Origin: an uncultured Acidobacterium sp.
GTDB lineage: Bacteria > Acidobacteriota > Vicinamibacteria > Vicinamibacterales > UBA2999
Assembly (NCBI GenBank): GCA_964628295.1
Contig: CAZVLS010000001.1
Span: forward strand, 10,250-74,249
Reading direction: 5' to 3'
DNA length: 64,000 bases
Under the pieces are notes generated by a model. The model saw only the letters and a list, made by a program, of their open reading frames with translations, was not told where the DNA came from and did no database searches. A program made the translations under genes and the position numbers. Every line of letters starts with the position of its first letter. The first letter of the stretch is position 1. Shown here one piece after another: positions 37,945 through 46,871 of the stretch.

Positions 37945-38273
37945 GATTCACCTAACACTTCATCCAGACCGCGCCAGAGCTCTAACAGCGTGCGGCGAGA
38001 GGCACGAAGAGCCTTCACCCCTTCCGGGGTCACCGTGAATCGCCGCTGCGGAAATCCGTCGCGGCCGGCGTCGCCGCCTTCAGCAGTCCAGCGCACCAGT
38101 TGCTTCGCTTCGAGTCGATCGAGGGTGGTGTAGAAGGCACCGCGCGACGGTTCGTGTCCCGACGCGCGCGTGACTTCTTTCCGGATCTCGATCGGATACG
38201 CCTTCGCATCGCAGCGCAGGATCGCGAGCAAGACACGCTGCTCGAACTCACCAAGAAAATTGCGACCACCCAT
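37941..38273 (-). CDS. PadR-family transcriptional regulator
   Basis: LGEFEQRVLLAILRC...AYPIEIRKEV...GAFYTTLDRLEAKQLV is the PadR wHTH signature. Confidence 0.9.
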   Translation of the reverse strand: MGGRNFLGEFEQRVLLAILRCDAKAYPIEIRKEVTRASGHEPSRGAFYTTLDRLEAKQLVRWTAEGGDAGRDGFPQRRFTVTPEGVKALRASRRTLLELWRGLDEVLGES

Positions 38274-38280
38274 ATTGAAT

Positions 38281-38328
38281 TTCCTGTTGGCCCGTTCGCC
38301 TGTAGGCCTGTTCGCCTGTTCGCCTGTT
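38281..38328. repeat. tandem 8-mer array NGCCTGTT, 6 units
   Basis: ttcctgtt ggcccgtt cgcctgta ggcctgtt cgcctgtt cgcctgtt. This is the complement of the ACAGGCGA family. Confidence 0.85.
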
Positions 38329-38329
38329 T

Positions 38330-38343
38330 GTAGACGAGTCTAC
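38330..38343. promoter_or_regulatory. candidate operator palindrome GTAGAC-GA-GTCTAC upstream of padR
   Basis: Perfect 6-2-6 inverted repeat, 57-70 nt upstream of the padR start, in the divergent region shared with the receptor gene. Confidence 0.25.
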
Positions 38344-38625
38344 TTTGTGAACGGTTCCCCAAAATGCGATGTTTGGGGTCAGGCCCCACTCGCACGGTCC
38401 GTCCCAGAGCTGGTCACGGATTTTGGTCGATTCGTCCCTCAAAATTGCTGTATTCGGGCCTGATTTCGTCACATTCGCCGTCACTTTCGCCACCGGTGCA
38501 GTGACAAAATATTTGCCGTTGGGTTCTACCCCTCTTTGTTCGGGCTGACCGGCGCCCACACGCTGTCAGCTGTTGTGTTCAAACCCTTGCCGGGAGGTAC
38601 CCCGGTTGTTTTGGAGGAGCAAGAA

Positions 38626-41600
38626 ATGACCTTTAGTAAGGCGACGCTGCGAAAGACGTTGATCGCGTCGGTGATGATGCTCGTGTTCGGCGTGACGAGC
38701 GCCGTCGCGCAGCAGCAGACCGGCGAGATCTTTGGAAGAGCGGCGGACACGTCGGGCGCGGTGTTGCCCGGTGCCACCGTGACGGTCGCCGGTCCCGCGC
38801 TGATCACTCCGCGCGTCGCCGTGACCTCGGAAAGCGGCACTTACCGCATCCCCGAACTGCCGATCGGCAGCTACTCGGTGACGTTCGAACTCGCGGGTTT
38901 CCGCACCACCGCGATCCAGGACATCCGCATCAACATCGGCTTCCGCGCGCAGGTCAACGCCGCGCTCGAACTGTCGACGGTGCAGGAAACCGTGACGGTC
39001 AGCGGCGCCAGCCCGCTCGTCGACACGCGTGAAACCGGCACCAAGGCCAGCTTCGACCTCGAGACGCTGCAGAACATCCCGTCGGCGCGCGACCCGTGGG
39101 TCATGCTCGAGCGCACGCCTGGCATCTTCATGGACCGCGCCAACGTGGGCGGCAACCAGTCGGGCCAGCAGTCGGGCTACATCTCACGCGGTTCATCGAC
39201 CGGCAACAACAAGTGGTCGATCGACGGCGTGGACGTGACCGACATGTCGGCGACCGGCTCGTCGCCGATCTACTACGACTTCGACATGCTCGAAGAAATG
39301 CAGGTCACCACTGGTGGCGCGGACGTCACGCAGCAGACCGGCGGCGTCGGCATCAACCTCGTGACCAAGAGCGGCACCGACCGCTTCAAGGGCAACGCCC
39401 GCTTCCTGCTGACCGACCAGAAGTTCCAGGGTGACAACATCACCGACGAACTGCGCGCGCAGGGCGCCGGCGCCGGCGCCCCCATCCAGAACATCAAGGA
39501 CTACGGCTTCGACATCGGCGGCCCGCTCGTCAAGGGCAAGCTGTGGTACTGGGGTTCGTACGGCACGCAGGACGTCAAGGTCGGCGTCGTCGGCTTCTAC
39601 AAGAACAACTCGACCTGCCGTCCGAACGGCGTCGCGATCAACCCGCGCACGACCAACACCGAGACGCTGCGCGATTGTCTCGAAACGGACCTGACGACGC
39701 TGAACAACTACAACGTGAAGCTGACCTGGGTGCCGTTCAAGAACAACCGCTTCAACTTCCAGAACACCTGGGCGGAAAAGGTCCGCAACGCGCGCGACGC
39801 GAGCGACCTGCGCCCGATCGAGACTGCGGTCCGCCAGAAGGCGGTCGACAGCCAGTTCGGCCAGTTCGGCTGGCTGACGGGCCCCGGCCCGTTCTGGAAG
39901 GCCGCCGATCAGCACGTCATCAGCGACAAGATGCTGGTCGACGTGATGTGGTCGCACATGGGCAACAACTTCGCGCTGGACTTCCAGGAGCCGGGTCTGG
40001 CCGACGTGCAGCCCGCGTTCGAAACGACCACCAGCGCCTGGGCGCGTTCGTTCAACGCGTCTTCGTTCATCCGCCCGACCAACAGCCTTGACGTGGTCAG
40101 CACCTACTTCGCGCCGGGCGTGCTCGGCGGCGACCACTCGTTCAAGTTCGGCTACCGGTGGCGCAGTGCGCACTCGACCAGCCTCAACCATCGCGGCGGC
40201 TTCATCGAAGCGCGCTTCACCAACGGTATCGCCAATTCCGCCGACATCTGGCGCGACAGCAACCAGATCCTGCACCTCGACACGCATGCGCTCTACGTGC
40301 AGGACACGTTCACGAAGAACCGCTTCACGCTGAACCTCGGCCTGCGTTTCGACCGCCAGGACGACAGCGCAGAGGCCGGCGAAGTGCCGCAGAACCCGCA
40401 CTTCCCGACGTTGATGCCCGCCGTGAACTTCCAGGGCGCCGACGCCGGCGTGGTGTGGAACGACCTTTCACCGCGCGTGGGCGCGACCTACGACCTCACC
40501 GGCGACGGCAAGACCGTGTTCTCGTCGTCATTCGCCGTCTACTACGGCCAGATGTCGCCCGGCCAGTTGTCTGGCCAGTTGGCGGCCACCAGCGCCGTGT
40601 TCGTCCGCTACCCGTGGACGGATACCAACGGTGACCGCTTCGTGCAACCCAACGAGGTGAACACCTCGGTGTCCTTCTTGAACAAGAGCACGGCGTACGA
40701 TCCGGCGAACCCCACCAACACCGCGTCGCCGACCCGTGTTGATCCCAACGTGAAGAACGACCGTACGAGGGAATTCATCGCCGGCTTCGATCGCCAGCTC
40801 GGATCGCAGATGGCGTTCGGCGCCAGCTACATCTGGCGCAAGTACGATCGCTTCCTCTGGAACGATCGCGACAACTTCACCAGCGCGAACTACCGCGCGG
40901 TGCAGTTCACGCCGACCTGCACGGTGGCCGGCGCGCGTTGCGAGACGGTGACCTACTACGAACCGACGGTGCTGCTGCCGTCGGCCAACACCTACACGAA
41001 CGTGCCGGACCGCTACCGTAATTTCAACGGTGTGGAGTTCACCGTCACCAAGCGCATGGCCAACCGCTGGTCCATGAACGGCAGCTTCGCCTACAACAAC
41101 GCGGTTGACGTGTGGGATTCGCCGAACGCGTACGAAGATCCGACGTGCACGGCCAGCACGGTCGCCGGCGCCAACCCGGTCATCGCCTGCCCGGGCGAAA
41201 TGATCTACGCGCCTGAATCGGCGGGCAGCGGCATCGGCAACGTGTTCCAGAACGCGAAGTGGCTCGTGAAGATGAACGGCCGCGTGCAGTTGCCCTGGGC
41301 GTTCAACCTCGCGGCGAACTATCTCGGCCGCCAGGGCTTCCCGTTCCCGCAGACGATCCAGTCGCCGGCGCGCGCCAACGGCGCGGGCCAGATTCACGTC
41401 CACATCGACACGTTGGGCGAGAACCGTTACGACAACCTGCACACGGTTGACCTGCGCCTCGATCGCAGCTTCCGTTTCGGCAACGTCTCGGTCGTCCCCG
41501 CGATCGACCTGTTCAACCTGACCAACACCAACACGGTGCAGGCCATGAACAAGAACCAGTCGGCCACCAACGCCAACCAGGTGTCAGGCATCCTGCCGCC

Positions 41601-41637
41601 GCGCATCGCGCGCTTCGGTGTGGCGGTTCGCTGGTAA
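38626..41637 (+). CDS. TonB-dependent-receptor-like outer membrane protein (CarboxypepD_reg N-domain), paralog A
   Basis: GGAGGA precedes ATG 38626. Signal peptide ends AVAQQ. Same architecture as 31020..33923. C-terminus RFGVAVRW. Confidence 0.8.
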   Translation: MTFSKATLRKTLIASVMMLVFGVTSAVAQQQTGEIFGRAADTSGAVLPGATVTVAGPALITPRVAVTSESGTYRIPELPIGSYSVTFELAGFRTTAIQDIRINIGFRAQVNAALELSTVQETVTVSGASPLVDTRETGTKASFDLETLQNIPSARDPWVMLERTPGIFMDRANVGGNQSGQQSGYISRGSSTGNNKWSIDGVDVTDMSATGSSPIYYDFDMLEEMQVTTGGADVTQQTGGVGINLVTKSGTDRFKGNARFLLTDQKFQGDNITDELRAQGAGAGAPIQNIKDYGFDIGGPLVKGKLWYWGSYGTQDVKVGVVGFYKNNSTCRPNGVAINPRTTNTETLRDCLETDLTTLNNYNVKLTWVPFKNNRFNFQNTWAEKVRNARDASDLRPIETAVRQKAVDSQFGQFGWLTGPGPFWKAADQHVISDKMLVDVMWSHMGNNFALDFQEPGLADVQPAFETTTSAWARSFNASSFIRPTNSLDVVSTYFAPGVLGGDHSFKFGYRWRSAHSTSLNHRGGFIEARFTNGIANSADIWRDSNQILHLDTHALYVQDTFTKNRFTLNLGLRFDRQDDSAEAGEVPQNPHFPTLMPAVNFQGADAGVVWNDLSPRVGATYDLTGDGKTVFSSSFAVYYGQMSPGQLSGQLAATSAVFVRYPWTDTNGDRFVQPNEVNTSVSFLNKSTAYDPANPTNTASPTRVDPNVKNDRTREFIAGFDRQLGSQMAFGASYIWRKYDRFLWNDRDNFTSANYRAVQFTPTCTVAGARCETVTYYEPTVLLPSANTYTNVPDRYRNFNGVEFTVTKRMANRWSMNGSFAYNNAVDVWDSPNAYEDPTCTASTVAGANPVIACPGEMIYAPESAGSGIGNVFQNAKWLVKMNGRVQLPWAFNLAANYLGRQGFPFPQTIQSPARANGAGQIHVHIDTLGENRYDNLHTVDLRLDRSFRFGNVSVVPAIDLFNLTNTNTVQAMNKNQSATNANQVSGILPPRIARFGVAVRW

Positions 41638-41685
41638 CAACAGGCCTAAGGGCCATCCGGCCACCAGGCCGTCGGCCAGGCCAGC
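41638..41685. repeat. degenerate 8-mer array CNNNNGGC, about 5 units
   Basis: caacaggc ctaagggc catccggc caccaggc ... begins the base after the stop codon. Confidence 0.7.
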
Positions 41686-41699
41686 TCGACACTACGGAA

Positions 41700-41730
41700 G
41701 GCCCGGGTTATCAAGCCCGGGCCTTTCGTT
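41700..41730 (+). terminator. rho-independent terminator
   Basis: ggcccggg / cccgggcc stem with an 8-nt loop, followed by TTTCGTTT. Confidence 0.7.
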
Positions 41731-41992
41731 TGTACGATCATTCAGTACGTTGAATCTCGACTATCCAATATCCTGAATTCGTCCCTGAATTCAGCCGTCC
41801 GGTCCCAGGCAACCCTGGGTTTATTGGCGCAATTAGACCCATTTTCCATCCCAATCCTTACCGCTTCCGGTGGCACAAATGCTGCTCCGTGGGACGTGCA
41901 CCTCTTTAGTTGGGCCGAACTGCCGATAAGGCGGGACGGCTTGTGCAATGACCTTCGCCGGGGATGGATTCCGGCGTATTGGAGGATGGGAA

Positions 41993-44965
41993 ATGACGTT
42001 GAGAAAGACGCTAATCGCATCAGTGATGATGCTTGTGTTCGGCGTGACGAGCGCCTTCGCACAGCAGAACACCGGTGAGATTTACGGAAGGGCGGCCGAT
42101 ACGTCGGGCGCTGTGTTGCCTGGCGCGACCGTGACGGTTGCTGGCCCCGCGCTGATTACCCCGCGCGTGTCCGTGACCTCGGAAACCGGCACCTACCGGA
42201 TTCCGGAACTGCCGATCGGCACCTACTCTGTGACCTTCGAACTCGCCGGCTTCAAGACCACGGCGATTCAGGACATCCGCGTGACCATCGGCTTCCGTGC
42301 CCAGGTCAACGGCTCCCTGGAGCTGTCGACGGTGCAGGAGACGGTGACGGTCACCGGCGCCAGCCCGCTCGTCGACACGCGCGAAACCGGCACCAAGGCG
42401 ACCTTCGACCTCGAGACGATGCAAAACATCCCGTCGGCTCGCGACCCCTGGGTCATGCTCGAGCGCACCCCCGGCATCATCATGGACCGCGCCAACGTCG
42501 GCGGTAACCAGTCGGGTCAGCAGTCAGGCTACATCTCGCGCGGCGCGAGCACCGGCAACAACAAGTGGTCCATCGACGGTGTCGACATCACCGACATGGC
42601 CGCCACCGGCGCTTCCCCGATCTACTACGACTTCGACATGCTCGAAGAAATGCAGGTCACCACGGGTGGCGCGGACGTCACCCAGCAGACCGGCGGCGTC
42701 GGCATCAACCTCGTCACCAAGAGCGGCACCGACCGCTTCAAGGGCAGCGCCCGCGCGCTCCTGACCGACGACAAGTTCGTTGACGACAACATCACCCCCG
42801 AACTGAAGGCGGCTGGCGCCGGCGCCGGCGCCCCCATCCAGAACATCAAGGACTACGGCTTCGACATCGGCGGCCCGCTCGTCAAGGGCAAGCTGTGGTA
42901 CTGGGGTTCGTACGGCACGCAGGACGTCAAGGTCGGCGTGGTTGGCTTCTACAAGAACGACTCCACCTGCCGCCCGAACGGCGTCGCCATCAACCCGCGT
43001 ACGGCCGACACCGACCTGCTGCGCAGCTGCTTGTCGACCGACCTTACGACGCTGAACAACTACAACGTCAAGCTGACCTACGTCCCCTTCAGCAACAACC
43101 GCCTGAACTTCCAGAACACCTGGGCGGAGAAGGTGCGTAACGCGCGCGACGCGGGCGACACCCGTCCGATCGAAACCACCTACCGCCAGCGCGCGGTCGA
43201 TGCCAAGGCCGCCGGCGTTGGCAAGTTCGGCTGGACGACCGGCCCGTCGCCCTTCTGGAAGATCGGCGACCAGCACGTGATCAGCGACCGCATGCTGATC
43301 GACATCACCTATGCCCACCTCGGCAACAACTTCGTGCTCGACTTCCACGAAGATGAACTCGCCAGCGTGCAGGCACGCCAGGAAACGACCACCGGCGCGT
43401 GGAGCCGTTCGTTCCAGGCATCCACGTTCCTCCGTCCCACCAACAGCGTGGACGTGGTCAGCAGCTACTTCGCTCCCGGTGTGCTCGGCGGCGATCACTC
43501 GTTCAAGTTCGGCTACCGCTGGCGCAGCGCGCACTCGGTGAGCCTGAACCACCACGGTGGTTTCATCGATGCGCTCTACACCAACGGCGTCGCGTCGCGC
43601 GCGCAGATCTGGCGCGACCAGAACTCGGTGTCGCACCTCAACACCAACGCGGTCTACCTCCAGGACACCTTCACCCGCAACCGCCTGACGGTGAACCTGG
43701 GCTTCCGCCTCGACATCCAGGACGACGCGGCGTTGGCCGCTGACGTGCCCCAGAACCCGACGTTCCCGCTGCTGATGCCCGCGATCAAGTTCTCGGGCGC
43801 CGACGCCGGCGTGGTGTGGAAGGACTTCTCGCCCCGCATCGGCTTCACCTACGACCTCACCGGCAACGGCAAGAACGTGTTCTCGTCGTCGTTCGCGACC
43901 TACTACGGCCAGATGGCGCCCGGCCAGCTCTCGAGCCAGCTCGCGGCGACCGGCGCGGTGCAGGTGCAGTACCCCTGGACCGACACCAACGGCGACGGCT
44001 TCGTGCAGTTCGGCGAAGTCAACACCACCGGCACCTTCCTCAGCAAGAGCGCCGCGTATGACCCGGCCAACCCGACGTCGACGACCTCGCCGACGCGCGT
44101 TGACCCGAACGTCAAGAACGACCGCACCCGCGAGTTCATCGTCGGCTTCGATCGCCAGCTCGGCAGCGTGATGGCCGTCGGCGCCAGCTACGTGTGGCGC
44201 AAGTACGATCAGTTCCTCTGGAACGATCGCGACAACTTCACCAGCGCCAACTATCGTGAAGTCGTGTTCCAGCCGACCTGCTCGGTGGCCGGTGCGCGCT
44301 GCAGCTCGGTGAGCTACTTCGAACCGACGACGGTCATCCCGTCGCCGAACGTCTACACCAACCAGCCGGATCGCTACCGCGATTTCAACGGTCTTGAGTT
44401 CACGTTCCAGAAGCGCATGGCCAACCGCTGGTCGGCGAACTTCAGCTACGCGTTCAACAACGCGATCGATCACTGGGATGGCCTCGCGGGCGTCGAAGAT
44501 CCGACCAACCTCGCGCAGACCAACGGCTTCCAGTACGCGCCGGAAGCAGCGGGTTCGGGCATCGGCAACGTGTTCCAGAACTCCAAGTGGGCCGTGAAGG
44601 CCAACGCCCGTGTGCAGCTGCCGTGGTCGATCAACTTCGCGGTCAACTACCTCGGACGCCAGGGCTTCCCGTTCCCGCAGGGCATCCTCTCGCCGTCGCG
44701 CGCCAATGGCGCCGGCACGGTGACGGTGCTGCTCGATCCGCTGGGCGATGTCCGCCTCGACAACCTGCACACGGTTGACGCGCGCATCGACAAGACCGTG
44801 CGCATCGGTTCGTTCACGATCGTCCCCGCGATCGATCTGTTCAACGCCACCAACACGAACACGATCCAGGCGATCAACCGCAACCAGGCGGCCACCAACG
44901 CGAACTCGGTGAGCGGCATCATCGCTCCGCGCGTGCTTCGCTTCGGCGTCAGCGCCCGCTGGTAA
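41993..44965 (+). CDS. TonB-dependent-receptor-like outer membrane protein (CarboxypepD_reg N-domain), paralog B
   Basis: GGAGGA precedes ATG 41993. The N-terminal ~330 aa are nearly identical to paralog A by eye. Confidence 0.8.
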   Translation: MTLRKTLIASVMMLVFGVTSAFAQQNTGEIYGRAADTSGAVLPGATVTVAGPALITPRVSVTSETGTYRIPELPIGTYSVTFELAGFKTTAIQDIRVTIGFRAQVNGSLELSTVQETVTVTGASPLVDTRETGTKATFDLETMQNIPSARDPWVMLERTPGIIMDRANVGGNQSGQQSGYISRGASTGNNKWSIDGVDITDMAATGASPIYYDFDMLEEMQVTTGGADVTQQTGGVGINLVTKSGTDRFKGSARALLTDDKFVDDNITPELKAAGAGAGAPIQNIKDYGFDIGGPLVKGKLWYWGSYGTQDVKVGVVGFYKNDSTCRPNGVAINPRTADTDLLRSCLSTDLTTLNNYNVKLTYVPFSNNRLNFQNTWAEKVRNARDAGDTRPIETTYRQRAVDAKAAGVGKFGWTTGPSPFWKIGDQHVISDRMLIDITYAHLGNNFVLDFHEDELASVQARQETTTGAWSRSFQASTFLRPTNSVDVVSSYFAPGVLGGDHSFKFGYRWRSAHSVSLNHHGGFIDALYTNGVASRAQIWRDQNSVSHLNTNAVYLQDTFTRNRLTVNLGFRLDIQDDAALAADVPQNPTFPLLMPAIKFSGADAGVVWKDFSPRIGFTYDLTGNGKNVFSSSFATYYGQMAPGQLSSQLAATGAVQVQYPWTDTNGDGFVQFGEVNTTGTFLSKSAAYDPANPTSTTSPTRVDPNVKNDRTREFIVGFDRQLGSVMAVGASYVWRKYDQFLWNDRDNFTSANYREVVFQPTCSVAGARCSSVSYFEPTTVIPSPNVYTNQPDRYRDFNGLEFTFQKRMANRWSANFSYAFNNAIDHWDGLAGVEDPTNLAQTNGFQYAPEAAGSGIGNVFQNSKWAVKANARVQLPWSINFAVNYLGRQGFPFPQGILSPSRANGAGTVTVLLDPLGDVRLDNLHTVDARIDKTVRIGSFTIVPAIDLFNATNTNTIQAINRNQAATNANSVSGIIAPRVLRFGVSARW

Positions 44966-44990
44966 AGACCGCGAGCGTCTGAAACAACCG

Positions 44991-45022
44991 GGCCCCGGGG
45001 AGAAATCCCCGGGGCCTTTTTT
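44991..45022 (+). terminator. strong rho-independent terminator
   Basis: ggccccgggg-agaaat-ccccggggcc followed by TTTTTT. Confidence 0.85.
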
Positions 45023-45036
45023 CTGTACGCTCGCGC

Positions 45037-45073
45037 GAAGGCCGACAGGCGGCCGGGCCTACGGGCCATCAGG
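45037..45073. repeat. short 8-mer array (ACAGGCGG/CCGGGCCT/ACGGGCCA)
   Basis: About 4 degenerate units directly after the terminator. Confidence 0.6.
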
Positions 45074-45120
45074 AACTGCTTCGTTTTGACGAAATCGTCC
45101 GGAGTTCGTAGCATCCGCAC

Positions 45121-45612
45121 ATGCCCGTCTCGAAGCACCACACTGGTGAAAGCCGCTCGGACTACGCAGGGAGATCGATCGTGAAGTGGATACTGTGGAT
45201 GGTGGTCTCGCTGGTGGCGGTGGTCGGAGTGACCGGGCTCATCGGCTTCTTCCTCCCCGTGGGACACGAAGCCTCACGGTCTGCCGAGATCAACGCGCCC
45301 CCCGAACGCGTTTTCGCGTTGTTGGCGGACGTGGATCGCTATCAACTCTGGTGGTCCGGTGCGACGGTGAGATCCGAGGTGGTCGAACGTGTGTCCCCGT
45401 CGAAGATCGTAACCCGTGTGATCGGCGAGACCCAGTTTGGCGGCACGTGGACCATCGACATTGCACCGTCCGGGACCGGCTCGCGCCTGACGATCACCGA
45501 GCGAGGCGAGGTCTACAACGTCGTGTTCAGGACGTTGTCGAAATACGTGTTCGGCCATACCGCGACGATGGAGGGGTGCCTGGCGGCCGCCCGGAATCGG
45601 CTGTCCGTATAG
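45121..45612 (+). CDS. SRPBCC (START/polyketide-cyclase-like) family protein with N-terminal TM helix
   Basis: INAPPERVFALLADVDRYQLWW is typical of the SRPBCC N-terminus. A hydrophobic helix precedes it. Confidence 0.65.
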   Translation: MPVSKHHTGESRSDYAGRSIVKWILWMVVSLVAVVGVTGLIGFFLPVGHEASRSAEINAPPERVFALLADVDRYQLWWSGATVRSEVVERVSPSKIVTRVIGETQFGGTWTIDIAPSGTGSRLTITERGEVYNVVFRTLSKYVFGHTATMEGCLAAARNRLSV

Positions 45613-45613
45613 A

Positions 45614-45635
45614 CGACGAGCCTGAAGGCTCGTCG
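45614..45635. terminator. hairpin between convergent genes
   Basis: cgacgagcc-tgaa-ggctcgtcg, a 9-bp stem. Confidence 0.5.
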
Positions 45636-45643
45636 CTACAGGT

Positions 45644-46003
45644 TTACTTCAGGCCGTCCAGCCACTGCGCAATCTGCTCCCGCGACCACTTGTGGTCGTC
45701 GTTGAGGTGCACCATGATCGCGGCGAGGCTGAGCGCCTTCTTGCAGCCGTCGCCACCCGGACACTTGCGGACCGATCCTTCGAGGCAGTCGAAGAACCAT
45801 TCCAGATCCTTCGTCGGGCGGATGTTGCCGGCCTGGTCGGGCAGCCGGTACATCGCTTCGTAGGCGGCGCCGAGCGCGCAGGACGCGCTCCGGCCGCTGT
45901 AGTAATCGCCGAATGCCTGGTCAGGCCGCCGCTTGGCGCCCTGGCGGATGAACTCCGCCAGCTCCTTCTCGCCGTGGTGCTGCTTGAGTTCTTCTTCGGT
46001 CAT
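45644..46003 (-). CDS. hypothetical protein
   Basis: 119-aa ORF with coding-like composition and four Cys. No family recognised. Confidence 0.5.
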   Translation of the reverse strand: MTEEELKQHHGEKELAEFIRQGAKRRPDQAFGDYYSGRSASCALGAAYEAMYRLPDQAGNIRPTKDLEWFFDCLEGSVRKCPGGDGCKKALSLAAIMVHLNDDHKWSREQIAQWLDGLK

Positions 46004-46028
46004 CGCGTCACCTCAGGCCATCGGGCTA

Positions 46029-46826
46029 TCAAAATCCCTTACCCAAGCGCTCCTGCAGCTTCTCACGGTAGCCGCGGCTCAGCGTCAGCCGGGTGCCGTT
46101 CTGCAGCACCACCACGTATTCACCGTTGAACCACGGCTGCATCTCCTTGATGCGGTCGGTGTTGACGATGCGCGAGCGGTGGATGCGGACGAAGCGCTGG
46201 GCGTCGAGGCGGCCTTCCATGTTGTTCATGGTCTCGCGGAACAGGTGCGAGTCCTCGCCGAGGTGCAGCCGCACGTAGTTGCCGGCCGCTTCGATCCAGT
46301 CGATCTCCTGCGTCCGCAGGAAGAACACGCGTCCGCCGGACTTGACGACCAGACGATCGAGCCGCTGCGGCTCGGGCTTGATGTCCTGCACCAGCGCCAT
46401 CAGCCGCTTGCCGAGGTCGCCGGCACGGCGCCGCTCGAGGTGCTCGCGGGCATGCTGCAGCGTCTGCGCAAAGCGATCGCGGCCGAAGGGCTTCAGCAGG
46501 TAGTCAATGGCGTGCACTTCGAACGCCTTGAGGGCGTATTCGTCGTACGCGGTCACGAATACCACTGCCGGCACCTGCTCGGCGCCGAGCTGCTGGATCA
46601 CCCCGAACCCGTCACACGCCGGCATCTGCACGTCGAGGAATACGAGATCGGGGTGCTGCTGTTGGATTGCCGAAACGGCCTGGGTGCCATCCGAATACTC
46701 ACCCACCATTTCGATATCTTTTTCCTGGCTCAGAAGACCGACAATGCGCTCGCGCGCCATCGGCTCGTCATCCACCACCATTGTGCGAATCTTAGTCACG
46801 CCACCCTCGATTGTTGAAGCTGACAA
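46029..46826 (-). CDS. LytTR-family two-component response regulator
   Basis: REC domain (VVDDEP...DLVFLDVQMP) plus a LytTR DNA-binding domain. The start is ambiguous: TTG 46826, GTG 46799 or ATG 46781. Confidence 0.9.
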   Translation of the reverse strand: MSASTIEGGVTKIRTMVVDDEPMARERIVGLLSQEKDIEMVGEYSDGTQAVSAIQQQHPDLVFLDVQMPACDGFGVIQQLGAEQVPAVVFVTAYDEYALKAFEVHAIDYLLKPFGRDRFAQTLQHAREHLERRRAGDLGKRLMALVQDIKPEPQRLDRLVVKSGGRVFFLRTQEIDWIEAAGNYVRLHLGEDSHLFRETMNNMEGRLDAQRFVRIHRSRIVNTDRIKEMQPWFNGEYVVVLQNGTRLTLSRGYREKLQERLGKGF

Positions 46827-46833
46827 GCCGTTG

Positions 46834-46870
46834 GCGTCATCGGCATCTGCGCCATCTGCGCCATCTGCGG
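46834..46870. repeat. 9-mer array GCCATCTGC, about 4 units, between kinase stop and regulator start
   Basis: gcgtcatcg gcatctgc gccatctgc gccatctgc gg, ending 2 nt before the kinase stop codon. Confidence 0.85.
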
Positions 46871-46871
46871 C

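Noticed and set aside
42524-44770. Very long antisense ORFs: this 748-aa ORF, and also 19238..20677, 39193..40401, 11437..12693, 10602..11282, 26313..27353 and 29103..30037.
   Set aside because: They lie opposite well-supported genes, are extremely Arg/Ala/Gly/His-rich, and show no recognisable motifs. They are typical shadow ORFs of high-GC DNA.
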